Shown: positions 38,675 to 50,533 of the stretch, in pieces | Layout of the letters: each line of letters opens with the position of its first letter | Position numbering within the stretch: position 1 is the first letter of the stretch | Source of the DNA: Octopus sinensis | Lineage: Eukaryota | NCBI RefSeq assembly: GCF_006345805.1 | Contig: NC_043002.1 | Span: 98,456,001-98,520,000 of the forward strand | Length of the DNA: 64,000 nt | Reading direction: 5' to 3' | The notes under the pieces: model-generated | The model's input: only the letters and a program-made list of their open reading frames with translations | Database searches by the model: none | Told to the model about the DNA's origin: nothing | Position numbers and translations under genes: made by a program

Positions 38675-39630
38675 GTGAGTTTGCAACATTTCGTCTTTAT
38701 AATATACTCTACGCTTAACTTCAAACTATGATTGTTTAAGAAACTTCTACCAAGCTACACTTTTTCTCTTCATTTTAGTTTCGTTTAGAAATGCTTCAAT
38801 GAGCAGTATTTTTATAAAATTCCTTTTATTTTTTTTTCTCTTTTTTTCCCATCTTCTTTGCTCATTTAGTCATTTTCTTTTTCTATTTTTCCTTTTAAAG
38901 ATTCTATTGTATTTCTAGAGAATGAAGCAGAAACTAGAGGGATTATAAGAATAGGTACTTTCTGTAATATCAATTGAGGCCTAATGATTCTAAGTTCAAG
39001 ACATTATCATCATCATCATCAGCATCATCATCAGTTTTACACCCATTTTTCCCTGCTTGCTCCGCATCTCACCACTTGTTGTAGTCCTTTGTCATCTCTC
39101 CTTTGTGAGAGACAGCCTCTTTGGATCAACCTTTACCATTTCATCCCTTGTCTTCTTATTCAGCTGTTCTCTTCTGAAGGTTTCTTCCACTTGAATCACT
39201 TGGCACATTTCTTTTTTCTTTCTTATCCAAATGTCAGCCTCCATGTTCATCACGCACTTGTATTTGTTCATTCTTCTTTCTTATACACTAGGTTCTGTAT
39301 CCTTTAATAGTCAGTTTTGTCTCCTTTCAAGATATATTAGGAAAAAGGGGTGAAATATTTTTCAACCATTTTTACCTTCCAGATCAATGCATTATACTAA
39401 AATCACCCCTTTATGTTCTGAGTTGAAATTATGCCAAGGTAAACTTGTGCTTTCTTTCTTCTGAGATTTATGAAATAAAGTACTCTCAGCTATTGAGGGC
39501 ATTTGAATCAACTGTTCCCTAACTCCTATGTTAGCAATTAATACTGTATACTACTGTCAATTCAGCTGATTATGCTTCTTGTACTAAGAGAATATTAGAA
39601 GATATGGCCAAAAGATATTCTTTTCTTAAA

Positions 39631-39665
<35 letters not shown>

Positions 39666-39667
39666 GC

Positions 39668-40173
39668 AGTACCAGGCAGTGGCTCTCATGGCTTCTGATC
39701 TTAACTGATTAGAAGTGTTATCATGTACATTGTTTTGTTTTGGTATAAAAGATGGGCTACAGCAAATATTCTGCTCAGTACCACAGATTTGCTTGTCAGT
39801 TGTTTGACCTTAACCAGTTGAGCATGTTCCTTAGTGGCTGACGATATGTGCATCTCTGATCACGAGCAGAAGTATTGGGGAGCATCATAGCCGTGTGTTG
39901 AGAGGGATTCTTTGGGGTTTGAATAATCCACCTCTGGAAACATGGGTGTTTCGTTCAACATCCTTAAACAACCCTTATTCAGGGACCTTTTGAGTTGGAT
40001 GGGTTACTCGACCTGAAGAAAATTCTAACTGGACCCCACCTGCAAGTTCATGCGCTGTTTATCTTGATATGAGATCACCATGTCGTGCACATATCAGACG
40101 GGCAGTCATGATGGGTATACTGGGCTTCGTATATTTTACCCCAGTGTCACTTTGATGGCATGCTCTCTCACTC
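39668..40173 (+). mobile_element. Family-E repeat in (TAA)n
   Basis: Reverse complement of 3853-4395 with a ~35-bp internal deletion. Confidence 0.85.
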
Positions 40174-40195
40174 AATAATAATAATAATAATAATA

Positions 40196-40515
40196 CAACC
40201 CCTTACAATTTGAGATTGTAAGGATTTGGATCATGAAATCTGTAGAAGTTGTAGCTGTGATAATTGGTGCATTAGGGGCTGTGAGTGATGACATGGTCAT
40301 ACAGGTAAAGGAGATTGGAATGGATCACCCTGCAGAGCTTCTACAGAAGGCTTACTTCTTAGGAGCAAGAAAGATTGTTAGAAGAGTTTGGAGCACTTAA
40401 TAGGCTTATTGAAATTGTGTGGATACATAAGGTGACATGTAGTAACCTACTATCTCATAAATTCTATTAGGAATAAGATCAATCCTGAGTCAAGTTGAAT
40501 AAGAATAATAATAAT
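40196..40515 (+). mobile_element. R4/Dong non-LTR retrotransposon 3' end (REL endonuclease C-terminus, UTR, TAA tail)
   Basis: LQFEIVRIWIMKSVEVVAVIIGALGAVS...LLQKAYFLGARKIVRRVWST* matches the R4-clade C-terminal pattern (EI.R.W..VV.V.IGALG..LQK..LG..I.R.V); flanked by TAA repeats. Confidence 0.8.
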
Positions 40516-40600
40516 GTTCTATATTTAAGAGATAAGGAATTATGTACATTATTTACACTATTTACATTCGACGGATATTTGTCCTCATCTTGTTTGTTGT

Positions 40601-40645
40601 TAACGCAACGTTTCGGCTGATATACCTTTCAGCCTTCTTCAGGAA
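40601..40645 (-). ncRNA. Hammerhead core in the inverted pLTR (stem I not evident)
   Basis: Minus strand: CTGAAGA-a-ggctga-aaggtata-tcagcc-GAAA-cgttgcg-TT. Confidence 0.45.
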
Positions 40646-40755
40646 GGTGTCTTCAGGTGTCTTCGGGAAATTTCAAACCTGGGTTCTCATTCCTAAGGTA
40701 ATTTTCAATGTTATTATTGTTATTGTTCAGGTCACTGCTTGGAATCGAACTCAGA

Positions 40756-41080
40756 TGCTGCTGTGGTAGGTTATACAAAGGTGAAACATGCCGCCCCCCT
40801 CAAAATAAGGGTAGACGAACATTGCAAAGCTGTGACACGGGGGGATATTGATAAATCGGGTATAGCTGATTATGTATGGAAAAATGGAGACCACCTCCCC
40901 CTGTGGGATGAAGTTAAAATAATAGACAGAGAACACTACTGGAAAATATGAAAACTAAAAGAAGCAGCTCATATGCTAGGACACAACAACCTCCTAAGCA
41001 GACCGAGTGCAGATATGAGCAGCATACGGGAACCGGTATTAAGGAAGGATAGAAAAAAATATTACATTTGTAAGCCCTAA
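40756..41080 (+). pseudogene. Penelope GIY-YIG endonuclease fragment (frameshift and internal stop)
   Basis: CCGRLYKGETCRP/LKIRVDEHCKAVTRGDIDKSGIADYVW...WDEVKIIDREHYWKI*KLKEAAHM..N: Y.GET.R.L..R..EH..S.IA.H..W..V.I...E...R.LKE pattern. Confidence 0.85.
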
Positions 41081-41103
41081 AATTCACTCCATAATTGCCC
41101 ACA

Positions 41104-41170
41104 GGCATATGGCGTAGTGGTTAAGAGCGCGGGCTACTAACCCCAAGATTCCATGTTCGATTGCAAGCAG
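41104..41170 (+). promoter_or_regulatory. tRNA-like Pol III A/B boxes immediately after the GIY-YIG stop
   Basis: A box tggcgtagtgg at 41110-41120; B box gttcgattgc at 41155-41164 (gagttcgattcc in the inverted copy). Confidence 0.65.
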
Positions 41171-41512
41171 TGACCTGAACAATAACAATAATCCTCAGAT
41201 GCGAAACCTTGCCCCTTGACTTCTCTGGTTGAGACTTGGGTGCAACTCATAAATTAAAGCAAAACCATAACATAATAATAATAATAATACTGATAATGGT
41301 TTCAAATTTTAGCACAAGGCCAGCAATTTTGGCGAAGGGGTCAACCCCAGTGCTCAACTTCTACTTATTTTATCAACCCCAAAAGGGTCTGCTTTGAGAA
41401 GACTTCTCAACCAGTGTTGGTATTATTATGAAGGAACATGTATGATCACCATGTATCAAGGTTTATCTTTTCATAGCTCACCGTGAATCCTATCAGGTGC
41501 ACAAAGCCCTTT

Positions 41513-41675
41513 ACTAGTTAAGCAGCATGACTAGTGGAATTTCCAGGTTAACTTTTTTATAGAGAACTAGTAAGCAGCATGACTAGTGGAATTTCCAGGT
41601 TAACTTTTTTATAGAGAACTAGTAAGCAGCATGACTAGTGGAATTTCCAGGTTAACTTTTTTATAGAGAACTAGT
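41513..41675. repeat. ~52-bp tandem repeat, 3 copies
   Basis: Unit actagtaagcagcatgactagtggaatttccaggttaacttttttatagaga. Confidence 0.95.
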
Positions 41676-43149
41676 GATAAGGAAGTGTGGCAATATTCTT
41701 GGGAAAATTCTGGTGGTCAACATGAATGAACTGAATGTTTGTTCTAGAAGTAGTTCAGGCTAGAGACAACGGATATCTTCCAGATATCCCCATCCTGACA
41801 GTGCTCTTAAGGAGCCAGGTTCAGTTATTGTTAGTTCTAGATAAACTCCACAGGCTTAGAACTAGTGTTATCGAGACTTCTTCAGGATGCATAGCAAGTG
41901 AAGAAACAAGATAACAATTCTGCATGCTTCTGGATTTTATACTACGTGGTGGCTGTTGTCGTATGTCTAGAAGATCTAGCTATCAGCTGAATCTCTCATA
42001 AAGATTGCCTCACCATCGGCATTTGGTTGGGCAGGGCAAGCAGTTTTCCTTCTCTATGGTCCCTATGGGGTAAGTGGTTGTCAAGTAGACATGACGGAAA
42101 GGACTGAAGTTAGACACTTTTCTCATTAATCTAGCTCTCATTGATTTTTTTAAAGTTTCAGTTGGAGTGAAAAGTGAGAGTGGAAAGAGGGAAGTGTTGC
42201 ACTTGTGGTTAATTTGCTGAAAGATGAATGGGAGTGGTGAACATGGCTGAAATAAATGGACCTACTCTCAGCATGCAATCTTGTCAACATAGTTAAGTGT
42301 GATGATTTGAAAAGAGATTCAGCTGCTTTTTCTAGCTGGTCAAATGACAATGTATAGGTCTCATTGTTTCACACATAGACTTGTTGATTAATGTAGAGGT
42401 GAGTAAGTTTTTGATAATTACCTGTGTATATGTAATTATAGTGTAATAAATAAAATATATGCATACATACATACATATATGTACGTAGCTACATCTACAT
42501 GTATATATACATGCATATATAAATATATATACGTGAGTACAGGAACCACAAATAGACGTAGAACTCAACAAGAAACGAAAACGTAAAAACAAACATGGAA
42601 ACGGACCTTTTTTAACAATGAAAAAACAGAGTACAAGAAAACTACACAAGGAAAATTCCCCTTCATCAGCTGTCCCTAGTTCAACTCCAGCGTGTTTCGA
42701 AGGTGAGGACAGAACACGACGACTCGTCGAACTAGCCCTTCCTGCAAAAGAATTATTATACACAGGTGTTGAGCTCCTGGACAGTTTCTTTCTACGAAAT
42801 ACATTGAAAAGGCATCGGTTGGCCCAAGTCTGCTACTTTGTGGAAATGATTATAAAAGCCATTTGGTTGCAAGACAAAATTCTTAGCCATAAAACGCTAT
42901 GATACTGGGTTGGTATCGATAGAGTTAACAGATGCTATTAACAGATTTATAAAGAGAAGTATAAAGTTAGTAGATAGTTGAGTGAATAAATAGAAATTGA
43001 ACAAGCTAAAACAAAAATTCCTGTAAAAGGAATGCCACCTGCATTAAGTCTTCAGGAACTTTGTAGCTTTCACATGAGTAAAATGGCGCCATGGAAAATT
43101 TCAACAATTTATCTGTAAAGCAGATGGTCTTGACGTATTTCCCAACCCA

Positions 43150-43810
43150 CTCCTGCCAATATCACCTCTATTAATTCTAGTACCACATCTACTAATACCA
43201 TACCAACACCAATTCTATATCATCACTACCATTGTTCGTTTCCGTTACCACCTGTACAGCTACCAATGCAAACTGAATTATCATCATTATCACTGCTACT
43301 AAATACTGCAGTCACAATCACTATTAATACCACTACCTTAGCAATATAACTATCATCACCATTAATTTTACTACCACCACCACCACCACCACCACCGCAG
43401 TACTACTACCATCAGTACTACTACCAGTACCACCACCACTACTACTACTACTGTTACCATTATTACGAGCACCATAACTATCAACTTCATTACTACCCTA
43501 GCACTATCACTGTCACCTCTACACCCCCATCACTAATGCCAAATGACTCTCACCACCCAACACTACCACCTTCACTTTCAGTACCACCACATCTTCCTCT
43601 ACTACCACTATCATTGCCAACATTATCACCTCTACTTCTACCAATGCAACCACTACTACCAACACAACTACCACCACCAACATAACCAACTCCACCACAA
43701 CCACCACCACCACCATCACCACCACCACCACCACCACCACCGCCACTACCACCTCCATCTTCATCACTTCTACCTACCAACTTTCTTCTCATCTATTTAT
43801 CACCACATTA
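43150..43810. repeat. (CAC/ACT/ATC)n trinucleotide low-complexity tract
   Basis: Direct reading; explains the poly-V/H/G ORFs. Confidence 0.9.
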
Positions 43811-44353
43811 ATAATTTTTACATCTGCTAAATTATGAAATCAGAAATTAAAAGTCAGAAATTAAAGAAAAAAAAAAACAACACAAAAGAGAATAAAAAAA
43901 AAACAATTTATATTTTAAACAAATGAGAAAATCAAATGAACAAAGAAACAAAAATAGGCATTATCTGGTTCTGTAATTTCAAATAATATATATATATTTA
44001 AAGATTCAGTCAACCATTAAATAGATTTTTGGTGTATGTAAATGAAGAATGGTTATACAGTAACAATGCAGGGTTAGTTTTTAGCTTTGTTTCATTGGTT
44101 CTTTCTTCAATTAATTAAAATCAACTTTCAGACGTTAGTGTAGTGTTACCTGTATATTAGTGAGTATCTTTGTGTTAGAGACAGGCATAGTTGTGTGGTT
44201 AAGTAGCTTGGTGTGCAATCATGTGGCCCAGAGTTTGATCCTACTTCACAGCAGAACACCTTGGGCAAGTGCCTTCCGTTGATATGGCCTCATGAGTGAA
44301 AAGTACTTGTTGGAAGACACTTGTCCAAAATGGCATACTGTAGGATCAAACCT

Positions 44354-44560
44354 TGGCATTTATACCAGAAGCTCCAATATGAATATTTCAGAGTGTTTGG
44401 GTGTCAATCTGAAGACAGTGCAATCTGAGGACATGTACCAAGAGTGATAAAAATCAAACATCCAGTCAACATAATGGGGTTTGGTGTAGTCACTAGTGAT
44501 GTGATGTTATGCCTCCATTCATCTTCCCTCATGAAATTGGACTCAACATAGAGGCCTACA
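44354..44560 (+). repeat. Local copy of an internal segment (45528-45735) of the maT transposon
   Basis: Near-identical ~207 bp. Confidence 0.9.
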
Positions 44561-44614
44561 TACACATAAACAGAAAGGTCAACATAGAGGCCACACATAC
44601 ACATAAACAGAAAG

Positions 44615-44811
44615 AGAGATGCTCTGTGTTTCTTTCAATTACTTTAAAGGTAACAAAGAATTTGGGAAAATAACTTAGTAATCATTCAGCTATTGTTAGG
44701 AACATAAATTGTGACTAAGGTTTGGTGAAAGATTTTAATTCAAAACTTATGAAAACAAGACTTTTGTACTCAGAGCCAGAGCCGGTTTCAGCTGGGTTGG
44801 TAATGACAGGG
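44615..44811. mobile_element. Partial piggyBac-type MITE
   Basis: Reverse complement of 18800-19019; ends acaggg-ttaa. Confidence 0.8.
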
Positions 44812-44952
44812 TTAATTACACCATCTGATAGACTTCGTTAAGTTATTTTTAAGTCAAGTTTTGCGGTATCATGGCCCATTCAAATAGGGAGTTGTCTGTT
44901 GAATGAGATGTATCTATGTATATATATGTGTATATATATATATATATATATC

Positions 44953-45323
44953 ACTCTTTTACTTGTTTCCCCGCCTTTAGTCGAGCAAATCAACCCCAGG
45001 ACTTATTCTTTGTAAGCCTAGTACTTATTTTATCGGTCTCTTTTGCTGAACCGCTAAGTTACAGGGACGTAAACGCACCAGCATTGGTTGTCAAGCGATG
45101 TTGGGGGGACAAACACAGACACAAACATATACACACACATACATATATATATATATACATATATACGACGGGCTTCTTTCAGTTTCTGTCTACCAAATCC
45201 ACTCACAAGGCTTTGGTCGGCGCGAGGTTATTGTAGAAGACACCTGCCCAAGGTGCCACGCAGTGGGATTGAACCTGGAACCATGTGGTTGGTAAGCAAG
45301 CTATTTACCACACAGCCACTCCT
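44953..45323 (-). mobile_element. Family-A tRNA-SINE (small deletion near tail)
   Basis: Sequence identity to the family. Confidence 0.9.
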
Positions 45324-45346
45324 ATATATATATATATATATATATA

Positions 45347-46211
45347 CTGGGTATGATTTTTAAACTGTTGCCATTTTATAATTTTGATTTTGCGTATATG
45401 CATTGTTTGTTTTGGATTTTGTGAACTACAGAGTATAGTAGGGTCAGTTGGGCACCATCTGTAAGAAAAACAGCACCATGATGCAATTCACTGTGCCAGA
45501 AATTTGGAAATGACTTGCTATACTGCTTGGCATTTATACCAGAAGCTCCAATATGAATATTTCAGAGTGTTTGGGTGTCAATCTGAGGACAGTGCAATCT
45601 GAGGACATCTACCAAGAGTGATAAAAATCAAACATCCAGTCAACATAATGGGGTTTGGTGTGGTCACTAGTGATGTGATGTTATGCCTCCATTCATCTTC
45701 CCTCATGAAATTGGACTCAACATAGAGGCCTACATCAAGTGTTTGGAGGAGGTAGTGCTGCCCTTGGTCAAGAGGTTGGCTACTGGAAGACCCACTGTCT
45801 GGCAACAGGACTCTGCACCATGCTACTCAAGCTGGATAACCCAGTCATGGCTGTCAGACAATTTCTGTGACCACATCACCCCTAACATCTGGCCACCTAA
45901 CACCTCAGACTGCAACCCCTTTGATTATTATGCATGGGGTGCAGTTGAGTGAGAGATTAACAAAACTTGTAACACTAAAGATGAACTGAAAGCAAGGATT
46001 ATGGTACATTCATCAACTTAAACAAGGGGGCTGTCCAGAAGAGTTGCAGGAAATTCCGAAATCTTCTGGAGGCCATGGTTGAAACCAATGGCATTTGTAT
46101 TGAATAAATTTATCCTTTAGTATTTCAAGATATTTTTGCATAATTTTGGTAAATATATCTGTTAACAATGAGATGTCAGTGTTATTTTCATTTTTGCACC
46201 ACCGCACCCAG
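45347..46211 (+). mobile_element. Internally deleted Tc1/mariner DD37D (maT) transposon
   Basis: TA-ctgggt ... acccag-TA ends; WQQDSAPC...WPPNTSDCNPFDYYAWG with 37 residues between the last two catalytic D. Confidence 0.85.
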
Positions 46212-47099
46212 TATACACATCTATATATCTATCTTTCTATCTATCTATCTATGTATCTATCTATCTGTCTGTTTGTATGTGTATATATATATATATATAT
46301 ATGACTTGACTAACTGAAATAAATTATGGCAAATATTTTAACTGTTTCCATTGAAATTGAAAGATCTGACACTAATTATATTTTCAAAAACTCTAGCACC
46401 CAACAATGGTCAATTAGTATTAATAATACTCCTGTTATCATTGATAGCATAGGACTGTTGCTCAATTGTTAGCACATAAAAGGAGTGAAAAGCTACATTG
46501 AATGTGAAAGAATTTTAAGAACTGGATATTGAGTATCAGTATCACAAGTAATGACAGGAATTTGAAAGAACTCTGGTTTTTCTTCAGGGATACTTACCCA
46601 TACTTACCCAGTTGTTGACGTATAAGCATTAGAGAGATGAATGTCAACAATAAAAAACAAAGTGTTTGTTGAAATCATTCATTTGTGAAAAGATGAATGG
46701 GGAGAGAAACTAACACAACAGTGTTTAGTGATGAAAGGATATAGAAAAGGAAGTGAAAAATATAAAATGTAGTGTAAAGAATTTAAGAACTTATAAAAAC
46801 TAACAGCAGCTGTTATGCACAAAGATGTAAGAATAAAGGTCCCAGTGCACATTTTATGATGTGCTTGCTTGTTATAAGAACATTAAAACAAAATTACTTC
46901 TCTATTTGTTTTGCTTTTATAGATAAACTAGTTTTAATAGCATTGTGTGTACGTATTTGAACTTAGATGCAGCTTGATAGAAATGCTTGTACTGAAACAT
47001 TAATAAGACATCTATACATGCATACATACTGAGATGCTGGTAGTTCAGTTTCAGTATTGTTTGAGATTTTAATTGAAATATTATCACTCAGAGTTAGTT

Positions 47100-47401
47100 A
47101 CTCTCTTTCTCTTTTACTCTTTTACTTGTTTCAGTCATTTGACTGCGGCCATGCTGGAGCACCACCTTTAGTCGAGCAAATCGACCCCGGGACTTATTCT
47201 TTGTAAGCCCAGTATTTATTCTATCGGTCTCTTTTGCCGAACCGCTAAGTGACGGGGACGTAAACACACCAGCATTGGTTGTCAAGCAATGCTAGAGGGA
47301 CAAACACAAACATATACACACACATACATATATATATACATATATACGACAGGCTTCTTTCAGTTTCCGTCTACCAAATCCACTCACAAGGCATTGGTCG
47401 G
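47100..47401 (-). mobile_element. 5'-truncated family-A SINE
   Basis: Sequence identity to the family. Confidence 0.9.
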
Positions 47402-47986
47402 GTATCAATTTTTTTCACTTTATTCCTGTAGAAAAATATGGTGCTTCTTCTGTAGTTCTATCTTGTTTATACATTTATGAATTAGCATTAGCAGTCATGG
47501 TTCTCTACCCACCCCTGTCCCACACATAAATCAGCATTTAATTGGACTGGTCTTTCTAAAGCCAGCTGGAAAGGCCATAGGATATTTTCTCTCTCTCTTT
47601 CTTCTCTAGTTTCTTGTTCCTTTTAGCTTCTTGGCTGTCACTAAATGCTCAAGATGTTTGAGAGTTCTGTGCAGTATGACGGTGAAGGTGTAACTAAGGC
47701 AAACAGGACTTAGAAGAAGCCTAGCCCTTGGACATTCATCACATAGACTCACTAGTATGTGGACATAACCTGATGTCATTTAAATTAGTCCAGCTATCTA
47801 AAGGTTAAATAAACCCTGTGCCTCAAAGGTAAGCTTGAGAGAGCAGCCCACTTGCTGAGTAAATGACAGCAGGAAACTATTATTGTATTAGTCTCAAGAA
47901 ATGTCATTGTGTATATGAATACATCTCTTATATTATGCATACTGAAGTAAACCAACCAGCAAAAATATTTGACACATGATTTATTG

Positions 47987-48044
<58 letters not shown>

Positions 48045-48914
48045 TGCACACAAGTAAACATTAAGTTACATGTCAAATTTTTTTGTTGGTTGGTTTCCCT
48101 CTTTTTTGTCATGCTCAATGGAGAAAACAACACCTGTGATGAGAAAGGTGATAGAGAGGGAAAGAAAGTATTACAACGAGAATGGTGGATTAAATAGATA
48201 AATAGAGAGGTAAGAGATTTAGAGTGTAGGAGTTGGAAGTTTGTGAAGCAGGCAGTTATGTGTAGACTGTTAAATAGAAGGAGGAATGGAAGAGAGAGTG
48301 AGAAGGTAAAAGGTAGCATAAGAAAGAGAGATCCAATACGAATTAGAGAGGTGGTGTGATAAAATAATTGAGGTTTACAGAATGAACGAATGACAGAATG
48401 GAATAATGAGAGAGGGGATGTTGAGAAATGAAAGGATGGGAGCAGAATTTGATAGCAATAAAAAAAAAAAGGAGGGTGATATTTGATACATATAGGGGCC
48501 ACTGGTCACTTTGTGTTATTTCTTTGGGCTCATTTTAGTTTATGCAAACTACCTATGCTATAGATGTGTTCTACTCTTTTTGTATATGTCTATATCTCTT
48601 GGTTTCTGAGGAGGTTAGAGTGGGCAGTTGTTTTGTTGATTATATGTATTGAAGCAGAAACATATGTCCTCTACTGTCTTTTTATCTCCTGATAATAAGC
48701 TTGACATTCTCTTTAATTGCATGCCAACTTTGAAGAATTTGTGAGTTTTGAGATTACCTCTCTTCTAATGTGGAGCTGATCTTAATTGCTATTTGGTAAT
48801 TGTAGCATACTCTAGTAGCAGAGATAATTTTAATGAATCAAGAATGTATATGTATATATAGTCCAACCTATGCCATCATGGAAAAAGGATGTTGAAGGAT
48901 GATCATATCGCATA

Positions 48915-49110
48915 ACCTTTCTGCAGTTTTAGGGTGCCATCAGGGTCCTTGACCACCTGCGATACCTTTGTATCATCAGCATAGCTGATGAGTGTGGCTG
49001 ACTGTATGGCAGAGGGTATGTCTGTGAGAGTCACCACAAACAATACTGATCCCAGTACAGTTCCATGAGGGATTCCACTAAAAATTGATGTCTCATCAGA
49101 GAGCACCATT
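48915..49110 (-). pseudogene. Non-LTR (CR1/L2/Jockey group) reverse transcriptase fragment
   Basis: SGIPHGTVLGSVLF...DIP...SYADDTK corresponds to the GVPQGSVLGP and YADD motifs. Confidence 0.85.
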
Positions 49111-49439
49111 GGCCGCAACTGTCTAGGATTCAACAAACCAAGCCTATGTGATCATTCTAATATTTGTAAAGAGTGAAGTCTGCTGAGTACATTTATTGTA
49201 TGTTGCTATATAATGAAACAACTTATTAATTTATAGAAAAGTCTGGTATTTGACTTGCCATGATATGTTCTAATGTGTAGCCTGTTCATTATGATGCAGC
49301 ACAATTATATTTATAGGTGCTTGTATGTGTTTATATACATGTTTGTCAAATGATGTAACATTGTTATGTAACTATCATAGATTATGAAACAGCCGTCGAC
49401 AAATGAAATAAACATCTATTCTGTCACTAATTGGTCAAC

Positions 49440-49630
49440 ATACACACACACACACACACATACATACACACATACATACATACACACACACATACATACA
49501 TACATACACACATACATAAATACACACATTCATACATACATACATACATACATACATACATAAATACACACATACATACATACAATAACAATATATATAA
49601 ATACACAGACACACACACACACACACACAG
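49440..49630. repeat. (CATA/CA)n microsatellite
   Basis: Direct reading. Confidence 0.95.
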
Positions 49631-50533
49631 AGGCAAGAGAAAAAGGGCAAAGAAAGAGAAATAGTCAAGTGTATGAGTGAGTGAAGGTCAAAAGAATAAT
49701 GAAACCAGATAATTTGAAATAAGAAAATGGAAACTCAAAGGAAACTGTTAAGAGTTACTGAAAAGGTGCAGGAATAAAACCTCATCATTTTTGGTAAGTA
49801 CCGTGCTTGTGTGTATGCATGTGTATATGCATATGTTTGTGTAGATAGGTGTGTGTTCTTTACAGCCTTATTATCTAAAGTTTAGATAATAAGACTGTAA
49901 AGGTTCTAAACAAATAATGAATGTTAGTCTCCTTGTTATTCATATGATATCACAGTACTAGAGATAAAGCCACACATTGTTTTTAATGTATCTTTCTTAT
50001 GATACTGTTGCTTTCATCTCCCCATGTTTTTGCTATTAGAAATCTTAGTTCCGCCTTCAGTAGTTGGCTACTTTATTGCATCCCCACTTTTACTCGAAGG
50101 AATTTTTCTAATGATCATGCTTCTTTCTTCTAGTCAGATGTGCATATTTAGATATTTAATGATAATGCATAAACATGGAGTAGGGTGAGCACTGTAGACA
50201 GATATTGTCTTCTTAAATTCTGCAGGCTGATATTTATGTGAACATGTGCTGAAAGTTATTCTCAGTTGATGGGGGTATAATATACAGACATATACAAACA
50301 TATAAACATGTGTCGGAGGTTTAACTCTCTGTCTGTCTGTCTCTCTCTCTCTCTATTGAATGGATATATAACTATTTGGATTTTATTACCTCTTGTAACC
50401 TCCTATATGGTAATCTATTGTTGAAGAGTAGTTCCAGTAAGAATTATATCAGGAAGCCAATAGAAAAGGCGAGATGCAAATAAATGTTCTTTGTGTGACT
50501 TACAGGTTCCGAAGAATACATTGTTTATATGTA

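Larger units (their letters stand above)
40516..41192 (+). mobile_element. 5'-truncated Penelope-like element with inverted 5' pLTR
   Basis: GIY-YIG fragment at 40756-41080; 40713-40750 is the reverse complement of 41155-41192. Confidence 0.8.

Noticed and set aside
41513-41675. Partly palindromic tandem repeat as a CRISPR array
   Set aside because: Head-to-tail identical units with no spacers.
41680-42120. GC-richer unique segment, possibly a LINE remnant
   Set aside because: No recognisable protein motif on either strand.
42335-42403. Exon ending at a strong GAG|gtgagt donor
   Set aside because: Short pyrimidine tract and stops in all frames; such matches are expected by chance in 64 kb.
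43519-43830. Gly-rich or His-rich protein ORFs
   Set aside because: A degenerate (CAC)n tract with no splice or homology support.
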